This document shows positions 50,620-63,855 of a DNA stretch of 64,000 nt, piece by piece; position 1 is the first letter of the stretch; every line of letters begins with the position of its first letter. Position numbers and translations under genes: made by a program. Below the pieces are notes generated by a model. That model made no database searches and was not told where the DNA came from. It saw only the letters and a list, made by a program, of their open reading frames with translations. The DNA is from Eledone cirrhosa (Eukaryota): positions 29,512,001 to 29,576,000 of the forward strand of contig OZ024748.1 of NCBI GenBank assembly GCA_964016885.1, read 5' to 3'.

Positions 50620-51200
50620 TCGGGTATATTTTTTCTAGTAATTTTTTATCACATGACTAGGATATCTTGACAGTCTTATGATTGAATATCTATATACATA
50701 TATGTGTTGTGGTGGAAAATGTCTAATAAATATTAAAATTTTTTAGCTACATTAGTTAAGGGAAAAGTGGGGTGCGAACCAGATAATTCTTCTGTTTCTA
50801 TTATTATTTTGAGTACGGTTGGGTTGGGAATGATTGGTGTACATAATTTTGTCCTTAAAACAACTATCTAACAAGGCTTGGTTGTAGTAAGGTGCAACCT
50901 TATTGAAAATCTCTGATAGCTTGCTGATAGTTTCTGCCATTAGTCGTAAGATCGTTAATCTAAGGTTTTAAAGACAGCAGGGTGATGGCATGAGGCTTTA
51001 TTAATATAAGCCAATTTTTTGTTGGGCTTATGGTATGGTTTATACGAAGCTGTTGTTAAATCTAGAAAATTTGCATTAGTAAGATTTGTATCAACTGTAA
51101 TTTTATCCTAGAGCACTAAATGTGTAAATTTTTACGGAATCTCTCCAGAGTCTGTCCGTTATAATCTTGTGAAAACGAATGATTGCCATCATGTTATAGA
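50620..51200 (-). pseudogene. Old degraded Penelope-like (Naiad-like) RT fragment
   Basis: ANFLDL, PYHKPN, APYYNQAL, RNRRIIWFAPHFS. Confidence 0.75.
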
Positions 51201-51439
51201 CCAAAGGAGTGGTTGGGGAATTTAGACTAGCATATGAAAGATGTATAATCCGATATGATTACAAACATCAGCACTGTCATAGGACCCCGTGGAGACATCA
51301 AAAGAAGAGACTTATCTTACCAAACTATCAGTTATTACTTAAAAGCATGTACGTCAACTTCACTATAACTATCTGTGGTAATCCCATGAGTTTTGGGTTG
51401 CCTAGCAATTTTTTGAACGCAACAACAGTATTCCTCATT

Positions 51440-51592
51440 GTAGAGTGCAGTCTGGAATTAATTAGAGGAAACTGGTTAGATTAGCCCTTATTGTAGAGTG
51501 TAATCTGGAGTTAATTAGAGGAAATTGGTTAGATTAACCCTTATTGTAGTGTAATCTGGAGTTAATTAGAGGAAACTGGTTAGATTAGCCCT
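51440..51592. repeat. ~53-bp tandem repeat x3
   Basis: TCTGGAGTTAATTAGAGGAAACTGGTTAGATTAGCCCT repeated. Confidence 0.92.
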
Positions 51593-52079
51593 AATTTGGA
51601 ATTAACTACTTTTGATCATATTGTCTCTTTTATATTAATTTATTGGGGTGGAGGCTATTCTCGAGAAGCACCATAAAAATATGTGTTGGCATACGACCAT
51701 ATAAAAGTTGCTGTAAGAAGAAATTATTTGTCCAACCCATGGCAATTTGGAAATTCAGACGTGGAAAAATCAAATGTTAATTCCGTGTTCTACAAGTCAT
51801 TAAATTCTGTAGAATAATGTAAAAAAAACAAAATTTTTAAACAACATGGTACGTTAAATAATGAAGCCCTCCCCCACCCCTACACACAAATTAGGGCCAG
51901 GAAAAGTCAGAATTACCACTCATTATTGTATTGATTTCACTAGTAATTTGAGAGCTCCAAACCTTATGAGGAACCAGTTTTTTTCATCATTTTACTTTCA
52001 TTTTTCCTTATTGTACACCTTTGAATGCAAATAAATTTTAATATTGTGATAATAAAGAAATGATTTCTTTTGTTTCCAG

Positions 52080-52178
52080 ATGGACTTCAGAACTTGAATA
52101 CATTTTACACTATGTTGAAGGGAAAAAGGAGGAATTTGAGAGCTGGTCGATTGAAAACAAGAAATTATGTAGGAAAGG
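52080..52178 (+). CDS. Plus-strand host gene exon (WTSELEYILHYVEGKKEEFESWSIENKKLCRK)
   Basis: tttccag/ ... GG/gtaaat; phase 2-2, consistent with the next exon. Confidence 0.72.
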
Positions 52179-52514
52179 GTAAATTTGGTGCTTTTGTTCT
52201 CTTAATTTTTAATGAGACTGCCTATTATTTTCAATTCATTTTGAATTTGGGGAGATTTAGTAATATTCCTTTATCATTATGAAACTGGTGTTTGGAACAT
52301 AACTGAGGTTTTAAATTTAATTACAATGTAGTTTTTAGATGAATATGATCATTTTAAATATCTTGGAATAGAAGCAGGGATGGTTTCAAGCAGTTTAGTA
52401 TGCAAGTGTTAAGTCAGAAATATTGATTTTATATTGATGCTGGTGTAAATATTTGATATCTTCACTATTGTTTCTCATATCCTTCCTCCTCCTCACATTT
52501 GAGAACCTGTAGTT

Positions 52515-52895
52515 GTATTATTATAATAATAATAATAATAATGAAATATTGTGTACAGTGCTCAGGTGCACTACAACTCATCAAAAAGTGTATGTATAGT
52601 ACATAGGGTAATGTAAAAACGTCAGGAAAATGAACAGTGCATGAGTCATGATATACACGTGTGCATGCGTATGGAAGGGGTACATCAGGTGTAGTTTGGG
52701 CGTATTTCGGGAAGCATGAGTGTTTTAAAGGATGCAGTGTCTCGGCAGCTAACAACTGACGCAGGCAGTTTGTTCCATGCTTCAGCAACTCTGAGCGTGA
52801 AAAAATGTTTACGAAAGTCATGGGAGCTGTGTTGTTTTCTGATTTTGTAGGCATGTCCACGTGTGTTAGACACATGGAGATCAAAAAGATGCTCA
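52515..52895 (-). mobile_element. CR1/L2-type LINE 3' end with (ATT)n tail
   Basis: TRGHAYKI..RKHFFTLRVAEAWNKLP..SFK. Confidence 0.85.
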
Positions 52896-53518
52896 GGGTT
52901 GTGTTTAGCTCCAAGTCAAGTCTGATCAAGATCTTTGAAAAACGTTCCTTGTAGTTTTTGCTTTTGCTTTTCAAATTCTGATTCTGTTTGACCTTCCTTT
53001 CAGATATGATAACTAAGTACCAGCGCAGTGCAGTGAATTGGCCGTATTGTCAGATTATCAGAATATCTTGTGATATCTGTACTGGCTCTGTACATCCTGA
53101 ATTCAAACCCTGCCTTTAAGATACAAGATCATGAGAGGCTAGCTAAACTTACAAATGTGTGAGCTGTGATAACAAATTATCTAATGTTGTTTTTCCTAAG
53201 ATAATACAGGGGGACTTGGCTGCTGTTTTTAGCAGATTTGCTACTATGTAGAGGCTCCCTTTTTTTGCTTTAAGGGACATAACTCAAATGGGACAATGGT
53301 ATAAATTTAGATAATTCAGGTAGTTGGGTGATATATTGAATGATGTTTGCATTGAAATTTGTGTCTTGGAGAAACAAAACTAAAACCTATTGATGATTGT
53401 TAAACTTTACTTCACTGATGAGGTGTAACAAGACCAAAACATGTCTAGCTGCCACCTTTTGTATTAACATACTAGATTATATATGTGTGTGTCGTCATCA
53501 TTTTTATTTAAATGGCAG

Positions 53519-53616
53519 ATATTCCAGTAATAAAGTAAAATGTAATGTGAAGAAGAATGAAGTTGTTTCTGTTACTGCAAACAAATCAAACAATGCTGTT
53601 GCAGCTCCTCACCAAA
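53519..53616 (+). CDS. Plus-strand host gene exon (YSSNKVKC..AAPHQ)
   Basis: ag/ ... A/gtaagt; phase 2-1. Confidence 0.68.
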
Positions 53617-54295
53617 GTAAGTTGTTATTATTGAAATCTATATTGTAATTGTATTGTTGCATTCATCATCATTTATGTTGGCTTTTCCATCGGTTGTACA
53701 AGTCTTTTTCAACATAGTATCCTGCCACTCATTGCATTCCTTCATGTCCTCTTCACTCTTCAGTGATTTGACATCAGTTCTCACAATGTATGTCCATCTT
53801 CCATAGTCTCCCTCAGCTGCAGTTTCTTTCCACTGTGATTTCTTGTCACCCAACAATCATCATCCACATGTATTGCCATGTTCATACCAAAGCAGTCTTT
53901 TCGCCTTTACACTACATCTGATTCCTCTTGCACCCAACTTTTCTCTCAGCACATCCATACTTTATTATTCACACATTAACACTGCACATTCTTACCTAGC
54001 AATCGCTGCCCAAGTCTCTCTACCGTACAACATTCCGCATTTCATACGACCAACTTTTTTTTGTCTGTAGGGGGAAACTTTGAAATGAATCCAGGAACAA
54101 TCTTCCAACATATTTTATATCAGAATCATGTTATGTTACTATCTTTGTAATGAAAAAATAATTTTAGTAAATCACTTAGAATTCTTAATTAATTGAATTA
54201 AGTGTACTTCATTAGGAATATAGTCATGAGTATTCTTGCCAGATCAGTTTTCTGTCTAATAATGTTTAAAATTGATTTCTTTATTTTCATTGTAG

Positions 54296-54384
54296 CTGAA
54301 GATAATTGTATGTTTAGAAAACAGTTGGCTGAGATTGCACTCATTGACCAGGTACTCAACAAGGCTGATGTAACATGGAGAAAG
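54296..54384 (+). CDS. Plus-strand host gene exon (EDNCMFRKQLAEIALIDQVLNKADVTWRK)
   Basis: ttgtag/ ... AAG/gttggt; phase 1-0. Confidence 0.75.
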
Positions 54385-54598
54385 GTTGGTAATTATATTT
54401 TTAATTGGCAAATTTCCTATATACATTCAAAACAGATGGCCAGGTAGGTGCAGATTAATCTTGCAGCTGGGAGAACATTTATTTCATTAGGGCCCTTTAA
54501 ATAGTGTGGCTGCATCTCGGTCTTCCCTTCCCTCCAATCTACCAAAGCACACTCTGAGAAAGCAGAATTGTAAAGTTGGTACCTATTTTCCTTTTCAG

Positions 54599-55062
54599 CA
54601 TAAACCAGCTTTTCAAACTGTGGTTGATGACAATAAATCTGTTTTCACAGAGAGGGAATCCATTCTTGACTCCATGAAGTCATTGCCAGACATAATGAAA
54701 GTCAGTTTCAGTACTGAAAATAACCTGAAGAATTCTGATGTTGGGATAATTTCTGAAGCTGCTTTGGTACAGGCCCTGAAAGGGGGGAACCTTCCAAAAA
54801 CAAAACCTGTCTCTTGTAGATCTTATAATGATATTTCCTTTAAGAACCACCAAATGCTCTGCGAAAGAAAGCAAGCAACAAAACCACCAGTGAAGGGACA
54901 TAGCAAGCCTACAACCCTCAAGAAAGATTACTCAAAGTTTTTGAATAAATCTGAAAAGAATCAGCCATGTTCAGAATTGAGTTCTTGTACCAAAGAACAG
55001 GTGAAAGTTTCTTCTCCAAAATGTGAAATAAGTAGAAGTAATGATGACTATTCCACTGTCAG
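54599..55062 (+). CDS. Plus-strand host gene large exon (HKPAFQT..DYSTV), Ser/Lys-rich
   Basis: cttttcag/ ... AG/gtatga inside ORF 54506-55237; phase 0-2. Confidence 0.8.
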
Positions 55063-55569
55063 GTATGATATTATTTTATTCATTTACTGGTTTCAGTCAT
55101 TAGACTGGCCAAACAGGAATACTGCTTTAACCCTTTCATTACTATATCTAATGAAAGATTATGATTTTGAAATGATTTTGTACATAATCAAGAATTTAGA
55201 AGAATTTTGTCATATAACTTTTTCATTATTAAGCTAGTGTGTCGAACATAGCTTAACAAAGGTTCTCACATGAAATGAAAGGTTTTTTTTAGATAAATAG
55301 AAATACTTCAAAGCAAATAGTTTTGTGTCATGGAATCAGGTACAGTTTCTGGTGCTTTGGTGTCAACTGCTCCAGTACTTATTTTTTTTTTTCAAATCTG
55401 GTTTATGGATCTCTTTTAGTCTGTCATAAAATCAGGCGTAGAGACATTATGCTCACTAGCAGAAGAATCGCCCTTTGGGCGGCTTTCTGCTAGCATATAA
55501 AGTGTGCATATTGGTATTATACGCAAGTATATATGATACATAAATTGAAAAGTAAATTGACAATATCTT

Positions 55570-56205
55570 CTTCTTCACCCACTTATTTCTGAGAGAGTCG
55601 TGGGGGCAGAGTCCTCTAACATTGCCTCTAACGGGTCTGTCAGAAGCAAACATCTCTATCTGATCTAGCTGGATCCCAAAGTGGGACCAGCCAAGCTCAT
55701 GGATCTTATCCTGCTCAGGGTCTACCTCTGGGTCTCCTGCTGGTTGGTTTTGCCTGTAAAATCTGTCCAGCGATTCTTTCCTGAGACATTCTAACCATAT
55801 GCCCATAGTATAAGAGCTGTGATCTCTCAATTCGGAGAAGTAGTGGCTCTACCTGTATTGAGTCTCTGATCTCTGAGCTACACACTTTATCGAGTAACAT
55901 TACTCCAAAGACCCTTCGGGGGAATCCCATTTCAGCTGCTTGTATTCACGATCGTATTCTTTCGGTCATTACCCAAGATTCATGACCACAGGTAAGGGTT
56001 GGCAGGAATACCGAATTGAAGATAGCGAGTTTGGCTTTTACACCTACTTCCCTTCTTCTGATTACTGAAAGCTGAAACTGGCGCATTACTGCATCAGCTT
56101 TTGCAATTCTTGCACTTAATTCAGCCTCCTGCATTCCATCACTCGTGAAGGCAGCCCTGAGATACTTGAACTTCTCTACCTGCTTCAGTGAAACTCCATT
56201 TACAT
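55570..56205 (-). mobile_element. Degraded RTE-like LINE fragment
   Basis: QVEKFKYL..PTLTCGHESW..GRPR. Confidence 0.8.
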
Positions 56206-56399
56206 GTGTATAAACAATGTGTGTGAATGTATGTGGAAAGAAGGGAATACACACATATATGTCTCTAACTTAAAAACGGTGACACACACACACCCATATA
56301 TATATATATACGACACACATCTCTAATTTAAGAATGCTGACAAACTCACGCGCGCGCATACACACACTGTCTTATTACCACTTAAGAGCTTTGGCCTGG

Positions 56400-57000
56400 G
56401 CAAACATCCCCTCAATTTTTGGAACCTCTGGGTTCTCCAGAATTGATGGGAAAAGACCTGGTAGTCTTACTCTGGGACATCACAGTTAGCAACTCTTTTG
56501 CTTCTTCCCACATCGTGGATGCAGCAGTAAGGGCTAGAACTACAACATCCACTGGGAACAAAATCCTAAAATACCGTGATCTGTTGACTAACTACATTTT
56601 CCATCCTGTTGTGTTCAAGATGTTTGTGGGAGTTGGGCTACAGACTGAAAGGTTCCTATCTTCACTGGCGGCTTGCTTAACAGAGGTAACAGGTGATATT
56701 TGTGATGGTGCTTGGCTGTTCCAGCGTTTCAGCTTCGCCATCACCCGAGGTAACGCTGCAAGCATGCTGGCTTGCATAAAAAATTATTAAAGAGGTTTCC
56801 CAATGCTCCTCACGGTATTGTTATCTTTTGCTCTGGTAGCTGCTTGTTTGTCAACCCCTTTCGCCTGCCTTTTGTTGGTTGTATGTAATCCTAAAAATGT
56901 GTATTACCTGCTTATATGTTTTTTTCTCTTTTTTTTCCTTTCCCTTTTCTTTGTATATATTATATTTGTTTGTGTTTTCGTTCTGTGAGCATTATATTAT
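56400..57000 (+). mobile_element. CRE-clade RLE fragment
   Basis: WDITVSNSFA..KY..WLFQRFSFAITRGNA. Confidence 0.8.
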
Positions 57001-57465
57001 TATATTTTTTTATCCTGTTGAGGTTAATTTGCCTTTTATCCTTACGCGGTCGATAAACTAAAACACCAGTAATGCACTGGGGTAATTGCTGGCCTTGTGC
57101 CAAAAGTAGAAACAATTATTATATTTTTCTATATAACTGAATAAACCTGTAACAACAAATAAGTTTTATAAAAAAGTTAAACTGTGTTGTTAAGAATAAA
57201 TAAATAAAAAGTTTACTCTTCATTTTACTCTCCCATTTTCAAATTTATCGAATGCTGCTATCATGTTGTGTGTATGTGTGTGTAAATGTGTGTGTGTTTC
57301 AGGGAAAAGCGGACGTAAAATGATGATGATGATGTATGTCCGTGAGTGTATTTTTATGTCTCTGTGTTTGCATGATTATAGTTATATACTCATACATATA
57401 AATGTATGAATATGCACATACACATACAGGTCATTGTGTTGAAAAAATCCTAATCTCTCCATCTT

Positions 57466-57502
<37 letters not shown>

Positions 57503-57956
57503 CTGTCACATAGTCACTCTATCTATCTGTGTCTCAGTCTTCACACACACAATCTCTCTCTTTCTTTCTCGCTCTGTCTATATATATATGGTAGTTGAAG
57601 TGCTGGTGGCGATATAACAGAAGTGTTGAAATTTGAAACTATTAATAAGTGAATCTTGAAATAAGCAATACATTGTACATAAAATTATTTATGTTTAATC
57701 AAAATATATGAAATTTAGTACTTAAATTTTATAATATTCATTCATTATTTATTCAAAGTAATCCAACTTATTTTACTAATGGGATAAAAAGAAATAAAAA
57801 GGACACAGTCCCGCACTCCTCCCTTTATTATAGTATAGATATATACATACAAGTATGTGAAAATAGACGTTACATACAGCCAGGCTAATGCAAATTCTCT
57901 CTACCAAAATATTGATAGTTATTTTATTGTATTGTTTCTTTTCTATCCCACCACAG

Positions 57957-58086
57957 ATCCTGCTTCATGGTACCACCAAATATTAAAACACTCTGGAGAC
58001 AGAATTACTCTTTGAGGCAAAATATTACACAGCTGTCACAGTCTTCTCAGGTGACCAATTCCTTCTGCTCAATGCTGGAAATGGAG
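57957..58086 (+). CDS. Plus-strand host gene exon (SCFMVPPNIKTLWRQNYSLRQNI..MLEME)
   Basis: ccacag/ ... GAG/gtaatc; phase 2-0. Confidence 0.78.
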
Positions 58087-58565
58087 GTAATCATTTTTTT
58101 TCCTTGAGCACATGTCTGCTATGGCTGTGGGCTAACCAGTATCTTGTAAATGGGGTGAATGAAATGGTAGTTTGTGCTTTTCCTGAGTAGAGGTCATCAA
58201 CCTTAATTGCATATATATTTAATTAACTTTTTTGATGCTACTAAGCCATCTAAAACTGTATCTGTTTCTACAATACAAAACTATGTTTTAATGAGTTTAT
58301 ATTTTAAAACATTCCATCATAATTTAATGTAACAGCATTTATGTTCCAAACACCAGTTTAATAATGAGTTATATTACTAAATCTTTCTAAGAATATGCTA
58401 ATGAAAGGAACTAAAATTCAGTTTTATAGTCGTGAGGGATTGCCATTTTTGCTTTGAACCCAACCCCATACAGCTGTCTACAAATATAGTTTCTTTTTTA
58501 GTATATTTGTCAACTGGGTCATCATGAAGATTGTTTCATGTTGTTTCTGATTCCATTTATTGCAG

Positions 58566-58671
58566 ATGGAGTCATCTGTGCCATGTGACAAGCTTCAGGC
58601 CATATATCTTTCAAAACAATATGAAGACCTTAATAAATTACTGAAAACTCTAGACAGTGATTGTCTTTCTA
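58566..58671 (+). CDS. Plus-strand host gene exon (MESSVPCDKLQAIYLSKQYEDLNKLLKTLDSDCLS)
   Basis: ttgcag/ ... A/gtacgt; phase 0-1; the gene continues beyond. Confidence 0.75.
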
Positions 58672-58744
58672 GTACGTTCTTTTTAATTAACCCTTTAAAA
58701 AAATTTTTTACCAAGATTTAATAATATATTCTCTAACCAGTAAT

Positions 58745-58940
58745 TGTGGCTTAGTGGTTAGAGAATTGGATTCAGTCATGGGGTTGCAAGTTTTATTAGT
58801 GGACTAGGCATTATGTTCTTTGAGTAAGACACTTTATTTCACATACTTGCTGCTAGGAGTTGTGACCAGTAGATAGTATCAGCAATAGAAAGACCATTGG
58901 AAACATTGTTTCCTTGGTTTGATTTGATGAGTTCTATTCC
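58745..58940 (+). mobile_element. tRNA-derived SINE family 1, diverged
   Basis: TGGCTTAGTGGTTAGAG head, body matches 15044-15261. Confidence 0.75.
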
Positions 58941-59169
58941 ACTCAGTGGGTGAGTGAGGTTTAGGATCTTGTTGATAGAGCAAGAAAAAAAAAAATTAAG
59001 CTGGTGTTTTGAAATATATAGTTTATCAAAAGTTTTTTCATAAAATTACGATGGAAGATTTTTAGATAGATGTAAACACTTAAACAAAAAAAACAACAAA
59101 AAAACAGTTTAGTAACTATAGACCTAGGGACAGTTTCAGGTAGCTTGGTATTAATAGGTAAGATGTATT

Positions 59170-59645
59170 CCGCAGCTGAATGGAACAAAATCCTAAAATA
59201 CCGTAATCTGTCGGCCAACTACATTTTCCATCCTGTGGCGTTCAAGACGTTTGGGGGAGTTTGGCTACTGACTGCGAGATTCTTATCATCATTGGCAGCT
59301 TGCCTAACAGAGGTAATTGGTAATGCTCATGAGGGTGCTTGGTTGTTCCAGTGCATCATCCGAGGTAACGCCGTGAGTGTGCTGGCTTGCCTAAAAAATT
59401 ATTAGAGAGGTTTCCTAGTGCTCCTCGTGATACTGTTATCTTTTGCTCTGGTAGCAGCTCAGTTGTCCACCCCTTTCGCCTGCCTTTTGTTGTATGTGGT
59501 CCTAGATGAGTGTGCTACCTGTTTATGTGTTTTTTTTTGTTTTTCCTTTCTCTTTCCTTTATATTATATTTGTTTGTGCTTTTGTTCTGTAAGCATTATA
59601 TTATTATATTTCTTTTTATACAACTGTGAATAAATTTTCACAACA
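59170..59645 (+). mobile_element. CRE-clade RLE fragment
   Basis: Similar to 56550-57000. Confidence 0.78.
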
Positions 59646-59728
59646 GGTGTATTATGTATTGCATACTTGTAAGGCCAGCTAAACATACATAGGTGTGAGC
59701 ATGTAACATCAATATATATATATATATA

Positions 59729-60202
59729 CTAGCTGAGGTACCCGGTAATACCCAGGAGCAGGGCTATTCCCAGTTCCCATTAAAATGCCCAATGCCTCTC
59801 AGACCAAAAATGAAATCAAAATATAGGACAGATAATCAAAAGCGAAGACAAATTCATTTCCGAAACAATAATACAAACAAATATTGTTGATTACATTGGT
59901 CAGGCGAAGTTGAGTGTTGTTATAAGGAAAAAAATAGAACCCCCATTAAGGTGTCTTAATATTATTGAAATTTGGTGAAATTTTGTGAATTTACCCATGG
60001 TTTAAATTTCATATAAATCGAAGGGAATAAATTTTCAGCGGGGTTTTCAGCCCCCAGGTAACTCTTTGTTTAAAATGAAATATACATAAGAAATCAAATG
60101 GGCATGAGCCCCACACACCTGTTAATTTTCATCAAGATTGGTTTGGTAGTTTTTGAGTTTTAGGTTCACAAACAGACAGAAATTGCCATTTATGTATATA
60201 AA
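59729..60202 (-). mobile_element. Putative non-autonomous Helitron
   Basis: Minus strand ends CTAG|T after a short GC hairpin (CCTGGGTATTACCGGG); TCTGTCTGTTTG tract near the other end. Confidence 0.5.
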
Positions 60203-60505
60203 TGCCAGATATCTATATATCGAAAACAGAGAATGTCTATCTGTCTGACTCCCTAAAACTCGAGAACCACCCAACCAATTGTTTTCAAACTTTACACGTA
60301 ATACTTATGGTCGTGTGAGTGTTTTGAACAAAAGAATTTCAAATTTTCGATGCCCTAGGGACCGCATTAGGCGAATTAGCGATCTCTCTCTATAATTCTT
60401 AGTCTTTCTTTTTAGATACATAGATATAACGTTGCACCCTTATAATATCTTTCTGTATGTCTGGCTGTCTGCATTACGATATTATGACACTATATATGTG
60501 TGTGT

Positions 60506-62835
60506 ATCATCATCATCATCATCATCATCAGGTTTAGCGTCCGTGTTCCACGCTTGCATGGGTTTGGACGGGGGTTTTCCCACTTGAGGCAAGAGTGGTT
60601 GTCTTGCTCGCATAGGACTGTCTGGCGGGTTTTCTACAGTTGGATGCCCTTCCTAACACCAACCACATTTACAGTGTGGGGCTGGGAGGTTTTTACCGTG
60701 TTGCCTACACGGCCACATTACAGCGTGGGCTGTCTGGCGGGTTTTCTACAGCTGGATGCCCTTCCTAACACCAACCACATTTACAGTGTGGGGCTGGGAG
60801 GTTTTTACCGTGTTGCCTACACGGCCACATTACAGCGTGGACTGTGTGTTTTTTTGTCGTGACACCTACACGATCTCATTTGTTTCGGCCTGGATGTTGT
60901 GGGACCAACATAACTGTACATTGAAAGGGGCGGTGTGGATGGGGTGGAGGTGGTGGGACGGGGGGGTGTTTTGATAGAGATGCCTACTGACTGTAGTAGG
61001 TTTTTACTTTGTATTTAGGTAAGGCGGGTCTTCTCTATTACTGAGTACCGCCAAAGGTCTCGGTCCAGTGACATTGTCTTGGAGAGGTGTAAGCGTGTGA
61101 GGTCGGAATTTATCAGCTCGTCCCATGTTTTTCTGGGTCTGCCTACTCCGTGGCTACCGTCTATCTTTATTGCCCTGCACTTTGTTATACAGCTGTCGTC
61201 TTTCATGCGCATCACGTGACCGTACCAACGTAGCCTTCTCTCGAGTAAACAACATCTGATCCCTCTTATTTCTAATTTTTTCCTTAGTTCGTTTATGCTT
61301 TGCCGTTCACGTATATTACTATTGCACATCCAGCGGAGCATGCAAGCTTCGTTCCTCTCTAGTCTGCGTATATCCTCTGCACACAATGCCCAGGTCTCAC
61401 TGCCATGCAGCATTGCTGTTCGTATGCAGGCATCGTATAACCTGCCTTTCATTTTTAGGGAGAACCCTCTAGCGGCTAATAGTGGTATAAGCTCTCTGAA
61501 CTTTTTCCATCCAGTTCTGACTCTAGCTACTGTACTTTCAGAGCACCCTCCCCCACTGCTGATTTTGTCACCCAGGTAACGGAAGCTGTCCACTATTTCT
61601 ATAGAACCCTCTGCGCAGTTGAAGGAGCTAGTATTTTGTGGGCACTTGCTGCTGCTTATTGCACCAGAGCACCGGCCACATGTAAAATCTATGTTCTTAG
61701 TTAGCTTACCTGTGATCCCACTACATCTTTTATGCACCCATACTTTGCATTTGGGACATAAAATGGAGTTTCTACCTACGCCTTTCCTACACACTGAGCA
61801 TGGCCATTTCCCCGATGGGACTGCCGCCATATTTTCTTTCCTACAAACTAGAGCTTTTGTCTTAGCCAGGTTAATTTTAAGGCCTTTTGATTCTAGGCCG
61901 TGCTTCCATGTTTGGAATTTCTTCTCTAGTTCGGTCATTGATTCAGCTATGAGCGTTAGATCATCTGCGTATAGGAGTTCCCATGGGCAGCCGGTCTTGA
62001 ACTCCTCTGTTATAGCCTGAAGGGCAATAATAAATAGTAGGGGGCTAAGAACAGAGCCCTGATGGACACCAACTTTTACGCTAAACTCTTCACTATATTC
62101 GTTGTTAATTCTAACCTTACTGACTGTTTCTTTATACATGGCTTGTATAGCTCTCACAAGCCATTCGTCAACACCTAGTTTTCTAAGAGACCACCAGATA
62201 ATGGAACGGGGGACTCTGTCGAAGGCTTTCTCCAAGTCGACGAAAGCTAAGTATAGGGGTTTACTTTTAGCTAGGTACTTCTCCTGTAGTTGTCGTACAA
62301 TGAAAAGAGCGTCTGTGGTACTTTTGCCTGACACAAACCCGAACTGCATTTCATCTAGATCAATTCTCTCTCTGATTAGTTGCGCTATTACTTTTTCCGT
62401 GACCTTCATGACCTGGTCGATTAATTTAATGCCTCTATAGTTACTCCTATCTAGGGCATCTCCTTTACCCTTGTAGCAGTTAATGATGATGCTGTTGCGC
62501 CAGTCCTTCGGAACGACCCCATACTGTATGACTTGGTTTACTATCCGGGTGACCATAGTGTGTCCCACCGTTCCAGATGCTTTCAGCATTTTGGCAACTA
62601 TTTCCGAAGGCCCGGCCGCCTTGCCCGTCTTCATGTCTTTGATCGCCTTACTTATTATACTACCTTCAACTTGCACTGCTGGTCCCTCTATTGGGTCGAT
62701 GTGGGGGAGACTGTCTTTCTCCCAATTATTCTCCTCATTTAGTAGCCTTTCGTAGTGACACTTCCAAGCTACCTTCTTATCAGCGTCAGTGATGGCAAGT
62801 ACACCATCATCATTTAGGACACACTTCTCCCCGAC
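60506..62835 (-). mobile_element. RTE-like LINE, 5'-truncated, near-identical to 21044-22889
   Basis: Open RT frame 61015 to ~62835 with PHD finger, duplicated 3' UTR, (GAT)n tail. Confidence 0.95.
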
Positions 62836-62911
62836 ATATATGTATATATATGTATGTATATGTATGTATATGTATATATATGTATATGTTGTATATATGT
62901 ATATGTATATA

Positions 62912-62970
<59 letters not shown>

Positions 62971-62974
<4 letters not shown>

Positions 62975-63357
62975 TTATTAAAATAACAGATTAAAGTTTA
63001 AGCAAAGAATCGCTGCTTTCACCCTTAACGGGATTTTCTGAAACTAACACCGCTCCTATTAATGACGTATTATTCGTTTTTTCCCGTTCTTTGCCAGCGA
63101 ACGTCACCATGAACCAAAGTATCGTCTTCCTGTCTTCCTCCGGTTGCAACGTTTTTTGAAATATCCAGTTCTGCGTTTACAGATTGACTTTGTTAGTTTC
63201 AGAAGATCCCGTTAAGGGTGAAAGCAGCGATTCTTTGCTTAAACTTTAATCTGTTATTTTAATAAATATTTGCTCTTCGGTTCTTATAGATTTGATATAT
63301 ATTTTCCTTATCGAGCCCTCTCTGGATTTTAGTCTTCAATTTTATTATTATTACTAT
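62971..63357. mobile_element. Non-coding hammerhead element family E with 79-bp inverted repeat
   Basis: 62971-63049 is the reverse complement of 63191-63269; flanked by (TA)nTG. Confidence 0.75.
63179..63254 (+). ncRNA. Type I hammerhead ribozyme family E (variant core)
   Basis: ACAGATTGA-ctttgtt-AGTTT CAGAAGA t CCC gttaa GGG t GAAA GCA gcgattctt TGC TT AAACT TTAATCTGT. Confidence 0.65.
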
Positions 63358-63398
63358 ATATATGTATATATATGTATATATATATATACATATATATG

Positions 63399-63429
<31 letters not shown>

Positions 63430-63446
63430 GTATATATGTATATATG

Positions 63447-63479
<33 letters not shown>

Positions 63480-63546
63480 GTATATGTATATATATATATG
63501 TATATATATGTATATATATATATATATGTATATATGTATATATATG

Positions 63547-63577
<31 letters not shown>

Positions 63578-63783
63578 GTATATGTATATAAAAATATATA
63601 TGTATATATATATATATATGTATATGTATATAAAAATATATATGTATATATATATATATATGTATATGTATATATATATATGTATATGTATATATATATA
63701 TGTATATATATATGTATATATGTATATGTATGTATATATGTATATGTATGTATATATGTATATGTATATATATATGTATATAT

Positions 63784-63855
<72 letters not shown>

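Noticed and set aside
53004-53118. Candidate exon after cctttcag
   Set aside because: Stops in the phase required by the flanking exons.
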